Source of the DNA: a virus | Lineage: Duplodnaviria > Caudoviricetes | Length of the DNA: 26,202 nt | Virus record (IMG/VR): IMGVR_UViG_3300037692_000261 | Location: 1 to 26,202 of that record | Direction: 5' to 3' (one strand) | Part shown: positions 13,724-22,849 of the stretch, one piece after another | Layout of the letters: each line of letters opens with the position of its first letter | Position numbering within the stretch: the first letter of the stretch is position 1 | Program-made: the position numbers and the translations under genes | Notes under the pieces: model-generated | The model's input: only the letters and a program-made list of their open reading frames with translations | Told to the model about the DNA's origin: nothing | Database searches by the model: none

Positions 13724-14233
13724 ATGGCAAGTTATTCAGTTGGCTGTAAGGCCTTACGTATTGGTGCCAAGGGCGCCGCCGGTATAATGGGCACACTAAC
13801 CGATAGTGATGCTTTTGTACCCTATAAGGAATCGTTGAAATTCAGCGCCTCTGACCCTACCTTTAACTCGCATTACGGCGAAAATCAGAAGTACCCCGAT
13901 GTGGTTGTTTCGGAGCAAGTACCTGGCGATTTTTCCTTTGAAGTACACAACCTTAGCAAGGCAAATCTTGCAAAATTTATAGGAGGAACAGCGGATGGAA
14001 CTACTGAGACGTGGAGCGACGGTACCGATCATTTTTCAATTGAACAATCGATGGAAGTTGATACTATTTTTGACGAAACATGGCAGTATGCGCGCGTACT
14101 GCTGAGTGGTGTAATTAAATACGATGCCGATCGTAAGAACATTGCAAAAATTGCGGTAAAAGGGATGATCCTTAACCCGGAGGATGCGACCGGCGCAACT
14201 CCGCCAATGAAGAAAATACCGACACCGGCATAA
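13724..14233 (+). CDS. Putative major tail (tube) protein
   Basis: 169 aa, beta-rich, directly upstream of the chaperone and TMP genes. Confidence 0.7.
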   Translation: MASYSVGCKALRIGAKGAAGIMGTLTDSDAFVPYKESLKFSASDPTFNSHYGENQKYPDVVVSEQVPGDFSFEVHNLSKANLAKFIGGTADGTTETWSDGTDHFSIEQSMEVDTIFDETWQYARVLLSGVIKYDADRKNIAKIAVKGMILNPEDATGATPPMKKIPTPA

Positions 14234-14234
14234 G

Positions 14235-14720
14235 ATGAACGACATTGAGATTAAAACAGTAGACACGCTGTTGGACAAAGGGGTTAGGGTGCAAATCCCC
14301 GCCCCTTTTTTTCTACAATTGTTTGGAAAAAAAACAATAAATGTAATTGTACATAGGTCGGTGATGCAGAATATGTTTTTGATTTCAAAAAAATATGTTC
14401 AACTGAACGTGCAGGAAGATTTTGGCGACGATTTCAGTGAATGGACCAAAATTTTCATAAACACCTGCAAGCCGGTTTCTGAGATAGTCGCAATAGGGAT
14501 GCTGCACGGCACATTTGCAACATGGCTTTTTACGAAGCCATTGGCTGTATACCTGCGCAGGCATGTTAACAGTCGCGAACTTGCAAGTATTGCCGCCATG
14601 CTTGTAACGCTAAACGGGGTACAGGATTTTTTGAATACTATCAAATTTCTACGGACGATGAGGATAACGAAGCCGAGGAATTTGAGCCCGGACGGGAAAG
14701 GGAGTCAGCAGGCCGGGTAA
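14235..14720 (+). CDS. Tail assembly chaperone (G-like)
   Basis: DTLLDKGV, QDFLNTI pattern; position between tail tube and TMP. Confidence 0.75.
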   Translation: MNDIEIKTVDTLLDKGVRVQIPAPFFLQLFGKKTINVIVHRSVMQNMFLISKKYVQLNVQEDFGDDFSEWTKIFINTCKPVSEIVAIGMLHGTFATWLFTKPLAVYLRRHVNSRELASIAAMLVTLNGVQDFLNTIKFLRTMRITKPRNLSPDGKGSQQAG

Positions 14721-14923
14721 TTGGCCTGAATAGCCCTTTCGGCAAAATTTGGAACTTGGCGAGTCAAACGGGGTGGACAGTAAACTATATACTTCGAAAA
14801 GTTAATTATGTAACTCTTATTATGATGACAGCCGACGCACCCCGATATACGCGAAAAGAACAAACAATAAAAGTTAATACTAAAGAGCAATCCGACGCCC
14901 TTTGGCAAAAAATGAACGCATAA
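14627..14923 (+). CDS. Tail assembly chaperone T-like extension in the -1 frame
   Basis: -1 frame open 14570-14923, encoding GLNSPFGKIWNLASQTGWTVNYILRKVNYVTLIMMTADAPRY...; stop overlaps the TMP start (TAATG); T-TTT-TTG at 14627-14633. Confidence 0.65.
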   Translation, partial: FFEYYQISTDDEDNEAEEFEPGRERESAGRVIGLNSPFGKIWNLASQTGWTVNYILRKVNYVTLIMMTADAPRYTRKEQTIKVNTKEQSDALWQKMNA

Positions 14924-17900
14924 TGGAACCTGTTGAACTGAAATTTATCATAAGCGGCAATGTTGACTCGGAGATAAAGCAATACATCAAGGCGATGAAA
15001 GGCGTCGAAACGGGTGCTAAAAACAGTTCGACAAAAGCAAAATCGTATTTGGCCGGTATTGGCAAAAGTGGCGGTACTATTGGTAAAACATTTGCCGGCG
15101 GTTTTTCCAGTTTTCTGAACCCTGCCACTCTTGGAATTGGGTCGCTCTCGGCCATATTGCTTAAATTTGGTAAAAATGCTTATCAGTTTTCAAAAGATTT
15201 TAACGCAGGAATGCTTGAAGTAAAGACGATTTCACAAGCTACTAAAGAAGATTTTGACGGCATTAGCGATAGTGTTCTCAACTTGTCTAGATTACCAATT
15301 AAAGATACAGGAGTAGAGCTTTCAAAAGCTTACTATCAAATTGTTTCTGCTGGTTACGATGGCGCGGAAGGTTTGAAGGTGCTTGAAGCATCGGCCAAAG
15401 CTGCAACCGGTGGTGTTACCGAAACGAAAATTGCAGCTGATGGTCTTACTACTGTATTAAATGCATGGGGTAAAACGGCCGATGATGTTAACGACGTTAG
15501 TGACAAAATGTTTACAACCGTGCGGTTAGGAAAAACCACCATGGGCGAACTTTCGGCATCTATTGCCCAGGTTGCCCCGCTAGCTTCCAGCATGGGCGTT
15601 AGCATGGATGAAGTGTTTGCTGCTACGGCGTCATTGACAAAACAAGGGGTACCAACAGCGGAAGCGATGACACAAATTAGAGCATCGTTGCTTGGCTTGA
15701 ATGAAAACCTGGGCGATGGTTGGTCTAAAACAATGACCTATCAGGAAGCTTTGAAAAAAGTTATGGATATGGCCGGTGGTTCGCAAAATGCGCTTAAAAA
15801 CATGATGGGAAGGGTTGAAGGCGTAAATGCCGTTTTGGCTATGACCGGCGATAAAGCTGCAGGAGCTGCTCAGGATTTGGAAGATTTACGAAATAGTACA
15901 GGTGCTGCAGGCGAAGCCTTTAAAACAATGAGCGAAGATGTTGACATAAAGTGGCAGCAAGTTACAAATAAATGGAATGCTAATTTAAAAAATGTTGGCG
16001 GTGCAATTAAGGAGATGAGCGCCGGGCTGGCCGACTTTCTAAACGCCGCATTAACGCAGTCAGGCGATGAAAAACTTGATGAAAACACAGAAGTTAGTGG
16101 ATTTACCGATAGGATGAAAATGGCAAGAAATGCCGGATTGTCATTTTTTGAAGCATTGACCGCAGCAACATTACAAGGCGATGAAGCAATTAATAGTTAT
16201 GTCGACAATGCAATTGATAAGGGCAATGAATTGCTAAAAGCCAAGAATGACGATATAGAACGTTTTCAACGTGAAATTACATCTAAAACAGCAGGTAAGG
16301 ATGAAGATGCCGCTAAAGCAATTATTGCTTCTGAAATTGAAAAATACAAAGAATTAATAACACAAGACAACGAATTATTACAACAACTTGAAGGATCAAC
16401 TAAATCGAAAGATGTAAAAATAAGGATCAATACAAAAAAAGAATTACCAACGTTTCAAAACTATATAAAAGAGCTTGAAACGATGTTGCAAAACGGGGGT
16501 AAAACAGCTAAACTTGATTTGCCGGTAAAACCAGTTTTGCCGAATATTTCGGAGCAAATACAAGCATTAAATCAAGAAATTGCAAACAAGCAAAGTGAAA
16601 TAACGACACTACGTTTACCCAGCTCGCTGGCAACTGGTGCAGATATTTCCAGCGCTGAAAAAGAGTTGAAGGATTTAAAAAGTCAATTGGAAACGCTGAC
16701 AGGAAAAAAGCTTGAAAAAGAAGTTGAATTTAAAACGGTCCCAGGAACTATCGACAGACTAGATGAAGAGCTGAAAAAATTACAAGATAAATCGGGCACT
16801 TTCACTAATGCAAAAGCCGAAAACGATAATTTAGAAGCGATACTGTTAAAAACCGAAGAGCTGGAAGCCGCATGGCAAAAAGTTCGCGATGTAAGGGCAA
16901 AGGCAATGGGGGTTGACGGTTCGGTTTCGACGCCTGAATTGAAGGCAAAGGAAACGCCTGTAGCTGCATTGGATCCTAAAAGACTGGACGAATCGCTTGC
17001 GCCGATGAAATTGTTGACGGCTGAGGAACTAAAACAACTTAAAGCTACAAAAGAGCGCCTCGATGTCTGGTTTAAGTTGGACACTGAAAAAATAGTAAAT
17101 GTTGAAAATTTGAAAGAATTTGCAGGTATTTTAGGCGAAGCTTCGACAGTTATTGGTTCAATGAGCGATTTGGCAGGCGTATTTAACGAGGAATTGGCAA
17201 AATCGTTAGATAATATTTCTGAAATGGCCGGACAGGCTGCAAGTTTCACAGCATCGTTAGCAAGTGGTGACTGGATAGGTGCGATTACGAATGGAATTGG
17301 TCTAGTTGTCAATATCATTGAAACATTAAAGAAAACAGACGAGGTATTATTATCTACTGTTGAGCAATCTAAACGATTACGCGAAATTTATGCGCAAATT
17401 GAAGAAATAACTCAATCTATTCTTGCTGATTCAATTAATCTAGGACTGTCGGATGAATATAGGCTTAAAATTCTAAATGAAGCAATTGAATCATATAACG
17501 ATACTGCTGGAAGTTATGTTGATAGACGTTCTGGAGAGATGACTACGAAGTTAGATTATCTTTTCAGCGAACTTGAAAGATTAAGGACATTAATGGCCCA
17601 GCCTGGAATAAGTGAAGAAAGATGGAATGTATATAATGAACAATTACAGGAGGTTATTAATGACATTGGAGATATACAAGATAGCTATGTAGATATGTTG
17701 TCAACAATGGAAGAAATAGCAGGTGTAGCAGGTGATACACTCACAAATAATATAGTTAATGGGCTTCTCAATGGTATGCAATTAGCAAAAGATGGACTTG
17801 GTGATTTTGCTCAATCGTTTGGAGAAATGATGCAACAAAGCGGTACGGAATATCTTAGAAATCTTTTTGAAAGCCAATACCTAATTGCCTTAATGGAACA

Positions 17901-18324
17901 ATTTGCAACCATGGCATCCGATGGTCTTACTCCTGAAGAAATGTCAGCCTTTGAAGAACAATACAGGGCAGCAATAGAACAGTTTCAACCAGTTGTAGAT
18001 GCTTGGAATGCGACAATGGAAGGGTTTGGTTTGGCCGTAGATACGCCGGAAAATGGATTACAAGGATCAATTCAGAATATTACCGAACAAACTGCCGGCG
18101 CGCTGGAAGGATCGGTTAACGCGATGCTTTTCAAGATTGTCGATCTTGGCGATATACAAAGCAGGCAATTGGCCGCTTTATACGAAATAGCAACGAACAC
18201 AAGCTATAATTATCACCTCGAAGATATGGCCGATGACATTATTATTTTGAAAAAAGAACAGGTTTCAACAAATACAATTTTGAAAGAAATTAGGGATAAA
18301 TCAACTAACGCGTTTAGTTTATGA
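14923..18324 (+). CDS. Tail tape measure protein (TP901-family core)
   Basis: AYYQIVSAG, TVRLGKTTMGEL..SI.QV.P.A...GVS..E motifs; ~1133 aa helical; ATG at 14923 coupled to the upstream stop. Confidence 0.93.
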   Translation: MEPVELKFIISGNVDSEIKQYIKAMKGVETGAKNSSTKAKSYLAGIGKSGGTIGKTFAGGFSSFLNPATLGIGSLSAILLKFGKNAYQFSKDFNAGMLEVKTISQATKEDFDGISDSVLNLSRLPIKDTGVELSKAYYQIVSAGYDGAEGLKVLEASAKAATGGVTETKIAADGLTTVLNAWGKTADDVNDVSDKMFTTVRLGKTTMGELSASIAQVAPLASSMGVSMDEVFAATASLTKQGVPTAEAMTQIRASLLGLNENLGDGWSKTMTYQEALKKVMDMAGGSQNALKNMMGRVEGVNAVLAMTGDKAAGAAQDLEDLRNSTGAAGEAFKTMSEDVDIKWQQVTNKWNANLKNVGGAIKEMSAGLADFLNAALTQSGDEKLDENTEVSGFTDRMKMARNAGLSFFEALTAATLQGDEAINSYVDNAIDKGNELLKAKNDDIERFQREITSKTAGKDEDAAKAIIASEIEKYKELITQDNELLQQLEGSTKSKDVKIRINTKKELPTFQNYIKELETMLQNGGKTAKLDLPVKPVLPNISEQIQALNQEIANKQSEITTLRLPSSLATGADISSAEKELKDLKSQLETLTGKKLEKEVEFKTVPGTIDRLDEELKKLQDKSGTFTNAKAENDNLEAILLKTEELEAAWQKVRDVRAKAMGVDGSVSTPELKAKETPVAALDPKRLDESLAPMKLLTAEELKQLKATKERLDVWFKLDTEKIVNVENLKEFAGILGEASTVIGSMSDLAGVFNEELAKSLDNISEMAGQAASFTASLASGDWIGAITNGIGLVVNIIETLKKTDEVLLSTVEQSKRLREIYAQIEEITQSILADSINLGLSDEYRLKILNEAIESYNDTAGSYVDRRSGEMTTKLDYLFSELERLRTLMAQPGISEERWNVYNEQLQEVINDIGDIQDSYVDMLSTMEEIAGVAGDTLTNNIVNGLLNGMQLAKDGLGDFAQSFGEMMQQSGTEYLRNLFESQYLIALMEQFATMASDGLTPEEMSAFEEQYRAAIEQFQPVVDAWNATMEGFGLAVDTPENGLQGSIQNITEQTAGALEGSVNAMLFKIVDLGDIQSRQLAALYEIATNTSYNYHLEDMADDIIILKKEQVSTNTILKEIRDKSTNAFSL

Positions 18325-18722
18325 CAGATTTACAAATAAATAGCACTTTGGTTTCAACATTAGGGTTTCATTTGAAAAGTGTTGATGAAAATATAGCACT
18401 TGGTGCCCCGCGTAAGCAAGGTTCTGCAAAAGAGGATTTTTCGAGCAATAATGTTTTTTTAAGCAATTATTATGAAGAGAGCCCGGAGCCAGTTTTTGAG
18501 ATATTTGGAAAATTTACAAGCATCTCAGCGGCCGAAACTGCTTTATATACGCTTTACGGCTTGCTTGTGCAAACAGGCGAGCATACGTTTACGCATACCG
18601 ACGGGACCAATACAATAGCATGGAAAGGCATTATGAAAAAGGCGGCGGTTGATTATAAGCTTGCTGGCAGTGGTATGTTTTACAGTGTGAAAATTACAAC
18701 TATAAAAACAAATAACGTATGA
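18321..18722 (+). CDS. Hypothetical tail protein (Dit-like N-domain?)
   Basis: ATGA overlap with TMP; position. Confidence 0.6.
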   Translation: MTDLQINSTLVSTLGFHLKSVDENIALGAPRKQGSAKEDFSSNNVFLSNYYEESPEPVFEIFGKFTSISAAETALYTLYGLLVQTGEHTFTHTDGTNTIAWKGIMKKAAVDYKLAGSGMFYSVKITTIKTNNV

Positions 18723-19462
18723 TCAAGCTTGGTGATACATATCTTAATTTGCTTGGTTTGAAAATAAAACAAATCTCCGGGCTTTTTGATTTTACAAAAT
18801 TGAAAAACGAAGGTATAGAATGGAATGACCGGGATTTTAACGAGGCGTTATTACGCAATATATATTATCAGTACGAAAGTCGTCAGATAACGCTTGATTG
18901 CTTTGTCGCAGCCGATAACTGGACTGCTTTGCAAAGCCGTTTAAACAGCATTTCATCGGCTTTGAAATTTGACGGTTTAAGGATGTTGAAGGTTAGCGGT
19001 TACAGCAACCGGGGCTATATGGTGAGGTTGAAAAAAACTACTGTTTTTCAACCAAAGCGTTATTTTCAAGCTCGTAAAAGTGTAGCAGCGTTTAAAATCG
19101 TGTTTGAAGAGCCACAGCCATTTAATGTTCAATTTTCAATTATCAACTTAACCACAAGCGTTGTTAAAACAAATACCGCAATAACAATTAGTAACGCTGA
19201 TAAATCTTTGAGTTTTGGAAGTGATGAGCAAAAATACATAACTGTCAATTTTATGGGCGTTTCCGAGGAAGTTAACCTCGAGCAAGAAAATTATGAATTT
19301 AACACCCTGACCACATTCGGCCCCGGCATTTACGAACCTTTAGTTATTACAGGCGAGATCGACAATATGACAAACATAGGAATTACAATTGATTCATCAT
19401 TGACTTTAATTGGAACAGATACAGCAGATTTCTTTTTAAGAAACGGATCAATAACAGTATGA
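18719..19462 (+). CDS. Distal tail (Dit)-like protein
   Basis: YESRQITLDCF, FKIVFEEPQP; position after TMP. Confidence 0.65.
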   Translation: MIKLGDTYLNLLGLKIKQISGLFDFTKLKNEGIEWNDRDFNEALLRNIYYQYESRQITLDCFVAADNWTALQSRLNSISSALKFDGLRMLKVSGYSNRGYMVRLKKTTVFQPKRYFQARKSVAAFKIVFEEPQPFNVQFSIINLTTSVVKTNTAITISNADKSLSFGSDEQKYITVNFMGVSEEVNLEQENYEFNTLTTFGPGIYEPLVITGEIDNMTNIGITIDSSLTLIGTDTADFFLRNGSITV

Positions 19463-21672
19463 AAATACGGATTTATAAAGGAACTGACATAGTTTCAGCC
19501 AACTATGTTGATGTTGAAGTATTCGACGCAAAAGTAAGCCGGGTACTTAACAGTAAAGATGAGATTACATTTAAAGTCGAATCGGCTACGGCTTTGGATA
19601 TTCCTATAAATTCGACTATTGCCGTAAATGTTGGCATATACACCCGTTATTACATGCATGAGCTGCCTAGCTATGAGAAAGTTTCATCAACAGAGCACAG
19701 TTATTCGTTAACGTTTAAAAGTCCTTTAAGCGATCTTGAAAAGATAGCTTTTTTAGATGTAAGCGGAAACGGAGATTTTTACTTCAATGGTACGGCATCA
19801 GACTTTATCGACTTGATTGTTTATAACCTTGGACTGGCAAGTTCTGATATTGCCAGCAGCTGGGTCGCTGGTTCAAGTGATACTACTGTTTACGAAAATA
19901 TCCAGTTTTCAAACCAAAATTGCTGGCAGGCAATTAATAGCGTAATGGACCGTTTCGAGTTGGAATTAAAAGTTACCCGGTCATTTACGAATTACGAGCT
20001 TGCACTAGTTGACAAAGTTGCAAACAGTACTGCTGTATCGGTCGCTTACGGCAGCGGGAATGGCCTATTCAACATTAAACGCACAAACGTTGATGTTGAT
20101 AAGTTGGTTACACGATTGTACTATTTTGGCAGCATTGCAAACCTTCCTCCTGACTATGCTTATACAAGGCTGAGAGGGTCTGCCGCATATATTGATCAGA
20201 ACATATCGACTTATGGTCGACGTGATGGATTTAAAACTTTCGAAGAAATAAAACCCATCTACACAGGCACTATTTCGGGCACACCGGCAATGAATGGCAC
20301 TGAAAGCTTATGTTCATTTATTGATAGCGGTTTTCCGTTTGATTTAAACGAGGTTGACGCAAGTGGTAATACAATATATCTGATTGCCGGTACCACGGCA
20401 AAAATTAACTTTTTGACAGGCAATTGCGCCGGGGTGACCTGCGATATTTCTAGCTACGACCATGATACGAACACTTTTCAAATAATCCCTTACGAGTACG
20501 AAAATGGCTATAAGGTGCCAAATTCAACGGTAATACCAACATTAGGAAACACGTTCAAGATATTTGATATTATGATGCCTGCAAGCTATGTGGTTACTGC
20601 TGTATCTAACCTTGATAGCGCAGCGGCTGACTACATCGCAAAATATAGTACTCCACGGGTCCAGTATGCGCTGAAAACAGACACAAAATATTTCTATGAC
20701 AATTCAATCGAGTTAGATTTAGGCGATCAAATAACGGTCGTTGATGCGGATTTGAACATATCGGAAGATTGCCGTGTAATTGAAGTTTCGTTTTCCTTGT
20801 TCGATCGGTTTGATCAAATAGTTAAATTAAGTGATGTCCGGTTTGCTATTCCGGCACGCTCACAGGCTACTTTTTTGAAAAAAATAGAAAAGGTAGTCGA
20901 GGTCAATAATCTTGATAATACAGAAAAAACAACCCGGTCACAAAAAACAACCACAGAAGTAAAAAACAGGACTTTTGCTGTTACAAAACAATATTCCCCC
21001 GAAGCTGAACAGGAAGTAGTTCAGGAATATTTTATTTCTGAAAATAACGCACCTGAAAGCATAGATCCTTACATGCTTTCGCTCGATAGCGGCGAGCCTC
21101 AATTTATACTTGATTCGGTTATAACAGCCGCTGAAACAAGCATAAGCATAGCAGACGGTACGTTCATTCATCGCAGTTATAATGCGCTTACCCGGGATAA
21201 AATTCAGAAAAAACTAAATGCAAGCGAGACGTACGACCCCAAACAAGTTTGGGTAATTGCTGCACAGTCGATAAATATTACAGCCGCAACTGCCTATTAT
21301 ATTTATGTAAAAGTAGACAATTCAAAAAACGCTAATGGTTCGCTTGCAGGCACTACTGCCACTATGCATGTTTCAACTGAAATTTTGACGAATAAATATA
21401 CTACTGATGACTATTTGTATTTTTTAATAGGAAAGGTATCTGAAACAAGGGCATTATCTCTATTATGGGGTGATAAGGATAAGCATTACACTCATGAACA
21501 ATCTATTCCGGCAAGCACCTGGACCGTTACTCACAATCTTGGAAAAAAACCTGCCGTGTCGGTAACTGACAGTGCCGGGACGGCCGTGCATGGCGAGATC
21601 AATTACATTGACCTTAACCAGGTTGAATTAGTGTTTAACGCTGCTTTTTCGGGGGTGGCGGTTTTCAATTAA
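19459..21672 (+). CDS. Tail tip/hub protein (prophage tail endopeptidase-like)
   Basis: YGSGNGL..I.R, VTRLYYFGS..NLP..Y, FEEIKP, LGD.I.V.D; C-terminal W.VTHNLGKKP.V.V.D domain. Confidence 0.8.
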   Translation: MKIRIYKGTDIVSANYVDVEVFDAKVSRVLNSKDEITFKVESATALDIPINSTIAVNVGIYTRYYMHELPSYEKVSSTEHSYSLTFKSPLSDLEKIAFLDVSGNGDFYFNGTASDFIDLIVYNLGLASSDIASSWVAGSSDTTVYENIQFSNQNCWQAINSVMDRFELELKVTRSFTNYELALVDKVANSTAVSVAYGSGNGLFNIKRTNVDVDKLVTRLYYFGSIANLPPDYAYTRLRGSAAYIDQNISTYGRRDGFKTFEEIKPIYTGTISGTPAMNGTESLCSFIDSGFPFDLNEVDASGNTIYLIAGTTAKINFLTGNCAGVTCDISSYDHDTNTFQIIPYEYENGYKVPNSTVIPTLGNTFKIFDIMMPASYVVTAVSNLDSAAADYIAKYSTPRVQYALKTDTKYFYDNSIELDLGDQITVVDADLNISEDCRVIEVSFSLFDRFDQIVKLSDVRFAIPARSQATFLKKIEKVVEVNNLDNTEKTTRSQKTTTEVKNRTFAVTKQYSPEAEQEVVQEYFISENNAPESIDPYMLSLDSGEPQFILDSVITAAETSISIADGTFIHRSYNALTRDKIQKKLNASETYDPKQVWVIAAQSINITAATAYYIYVKVDNSKNANGSLAGTTATMHVSTEILTNKYTTDDYLYFLIGKVSETRALSLLWGDKDKHYTHEQSIPASTWTVTHNLGKKPAVSVTDSAGTAVHGEINYIDLNQVELVFNAAFSGVAVFN

Positions 21673-21697
21673 AATTATAACTAAAAAAATAAAAATT

Positions 21698-22840
21698 ATG
21701 GCAAAAATTCCCTTTCTGGTAGACATTGATCTCAATAAGAATCAGCTACTTAATGCCGTTTTGCAAAACCTTGCAACGGCACCTTCGAGCCCGGTTACCG
21801 GGCAGGTATATTACAACACAGCGGACGAAACCGCTTATGTTTGGACAGGCACAATATGGCTCGATCTTGGGGTGATATACACGCACCCCGACTACACTGC
21901 CCTTAACCCAACTCTCTCTGGGGCAAACGTGTTGGCGACTTTCGAAGTGAATGCACAGGGGCATGTAATTGCAGCGACTACCCGTTTATTGACTCTCGCC
22001 GATTTGGGGTTCACGGGCGATGCGGATGCAAACAATTATACTCACCCGACATTCTCGGGCAACGACCTGGGGGCGGCACTCACGGGTGCGGCGGTAATCA
22101 GCGATGTGAACGTGAACAGCGAAGGGCATGTGACCTCGTTTGCAACCCGGAACATTACCGCTTCCGATATAGGGGCAGCAATAATAAACGATTCCGTCAC
22201 CAACCTGGTAAACACTTGGAGCTCACAAAAAATACAGGATGAACTGGACGCGATCAACTCGACAATTACAGGGGCTTTGATATACCAAGGTGGCTACAAT
22301 GCCTCGACAAATACACCGAACCTCGACAGCTCGCCAACTGCAGGAACGATCAATCAAGGGTTCACCTACACAGTTACCGCTGCCGGTAACTTCTACACCG
22401 AAGCCGTTCAGGTTGGAGACATGTTGATCGCCGAAACCGATGACCCCGCCGTATTGGCAGATTGGACAGTAGTTAACAAAAACATTCCCGACATTGTCGA
22501 TGCTTCAACTACCGCAAAGGGGATCATCGAAATTGCAACTCAAACAGAAGTGGACACCGGAACCGATGCAGTAAGGGCGGTGACCCCTGCAACGCTGGCA
22601 CAGCGGTTAGCAGCTGTTCAAAGCGGTAATAGGTATTCAGTGAACGTAGGCGACGGCACATCTACATCCATTACTATCACCCACAGCCTAGGCACTAAGG
22701 ATGTAATTGTCTCGATCATAGAAGTGGCCACCAACGTGGTGATTATGTGCGAAAAAGTTACGAACACGATCAACACGGTTGATTTAAAATTCAACGTAGC
22801 CCCTGCATCTAACGCCTATAGGGTAACTATTTTGAAATAA
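21698..22840 (+). CDS. Tail fibre / minor virion protein
   Basis: IDLNKNQL.N, repeated YTHP..VN..GHV units, AST..KG..EIATQ.E...GTD..RAVTP, ITHSLGT.DV. Confidence 0.75.
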   Translation: MAKIPFLVDIDLNKNQLLNAVLQNLATAPSSPVTGQVYYNTADETAYVWTGTIWLDLGVIYTHPDYTALNPTLSGANVLATFEVNAQGHVIAATTRLLTLADLGFTGDADANNYTHPTFSGNDLGAALTGAAVISDVNVNSEGHVTSFATRNITASDIGAAIINDSVTNLVNTWSSQKIQDELDAINSTITGALIYQGGYNASTNTPNLDSSPTAGTINQGFTYTVTAAGNFYTEAVQVGDMLIAETDDPAVLADWTVVNKNIPDIVDASTTAKGIIEIATQTEVDTGTDAVRAVTPATLAQRLAAVQSGNRYSVNVGDGTSTSITITHSLGTKDVIVSIIEVATNVVIMCEKVTNTINTVDLKFNVAPASNAYRVTILK

Positions 22841-22849
22841 AAAAAGTAT

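Noticed and set aside
14694-14700. Lambda-type GGGAAAG slippery site
   Set aside because: It is read GGG-AAA-G in the chaperone frame, not G-GGA-AAG, so it is out of phase for canonical -1 slippage.
16683-17318. Long antisense ORFs (this one, 8784-9206, 9740-10141, 11557-11943, 25562-25954 and others)
   Set aside because: Shadow frames of well-supported genes, with no motifs or plausible starts.
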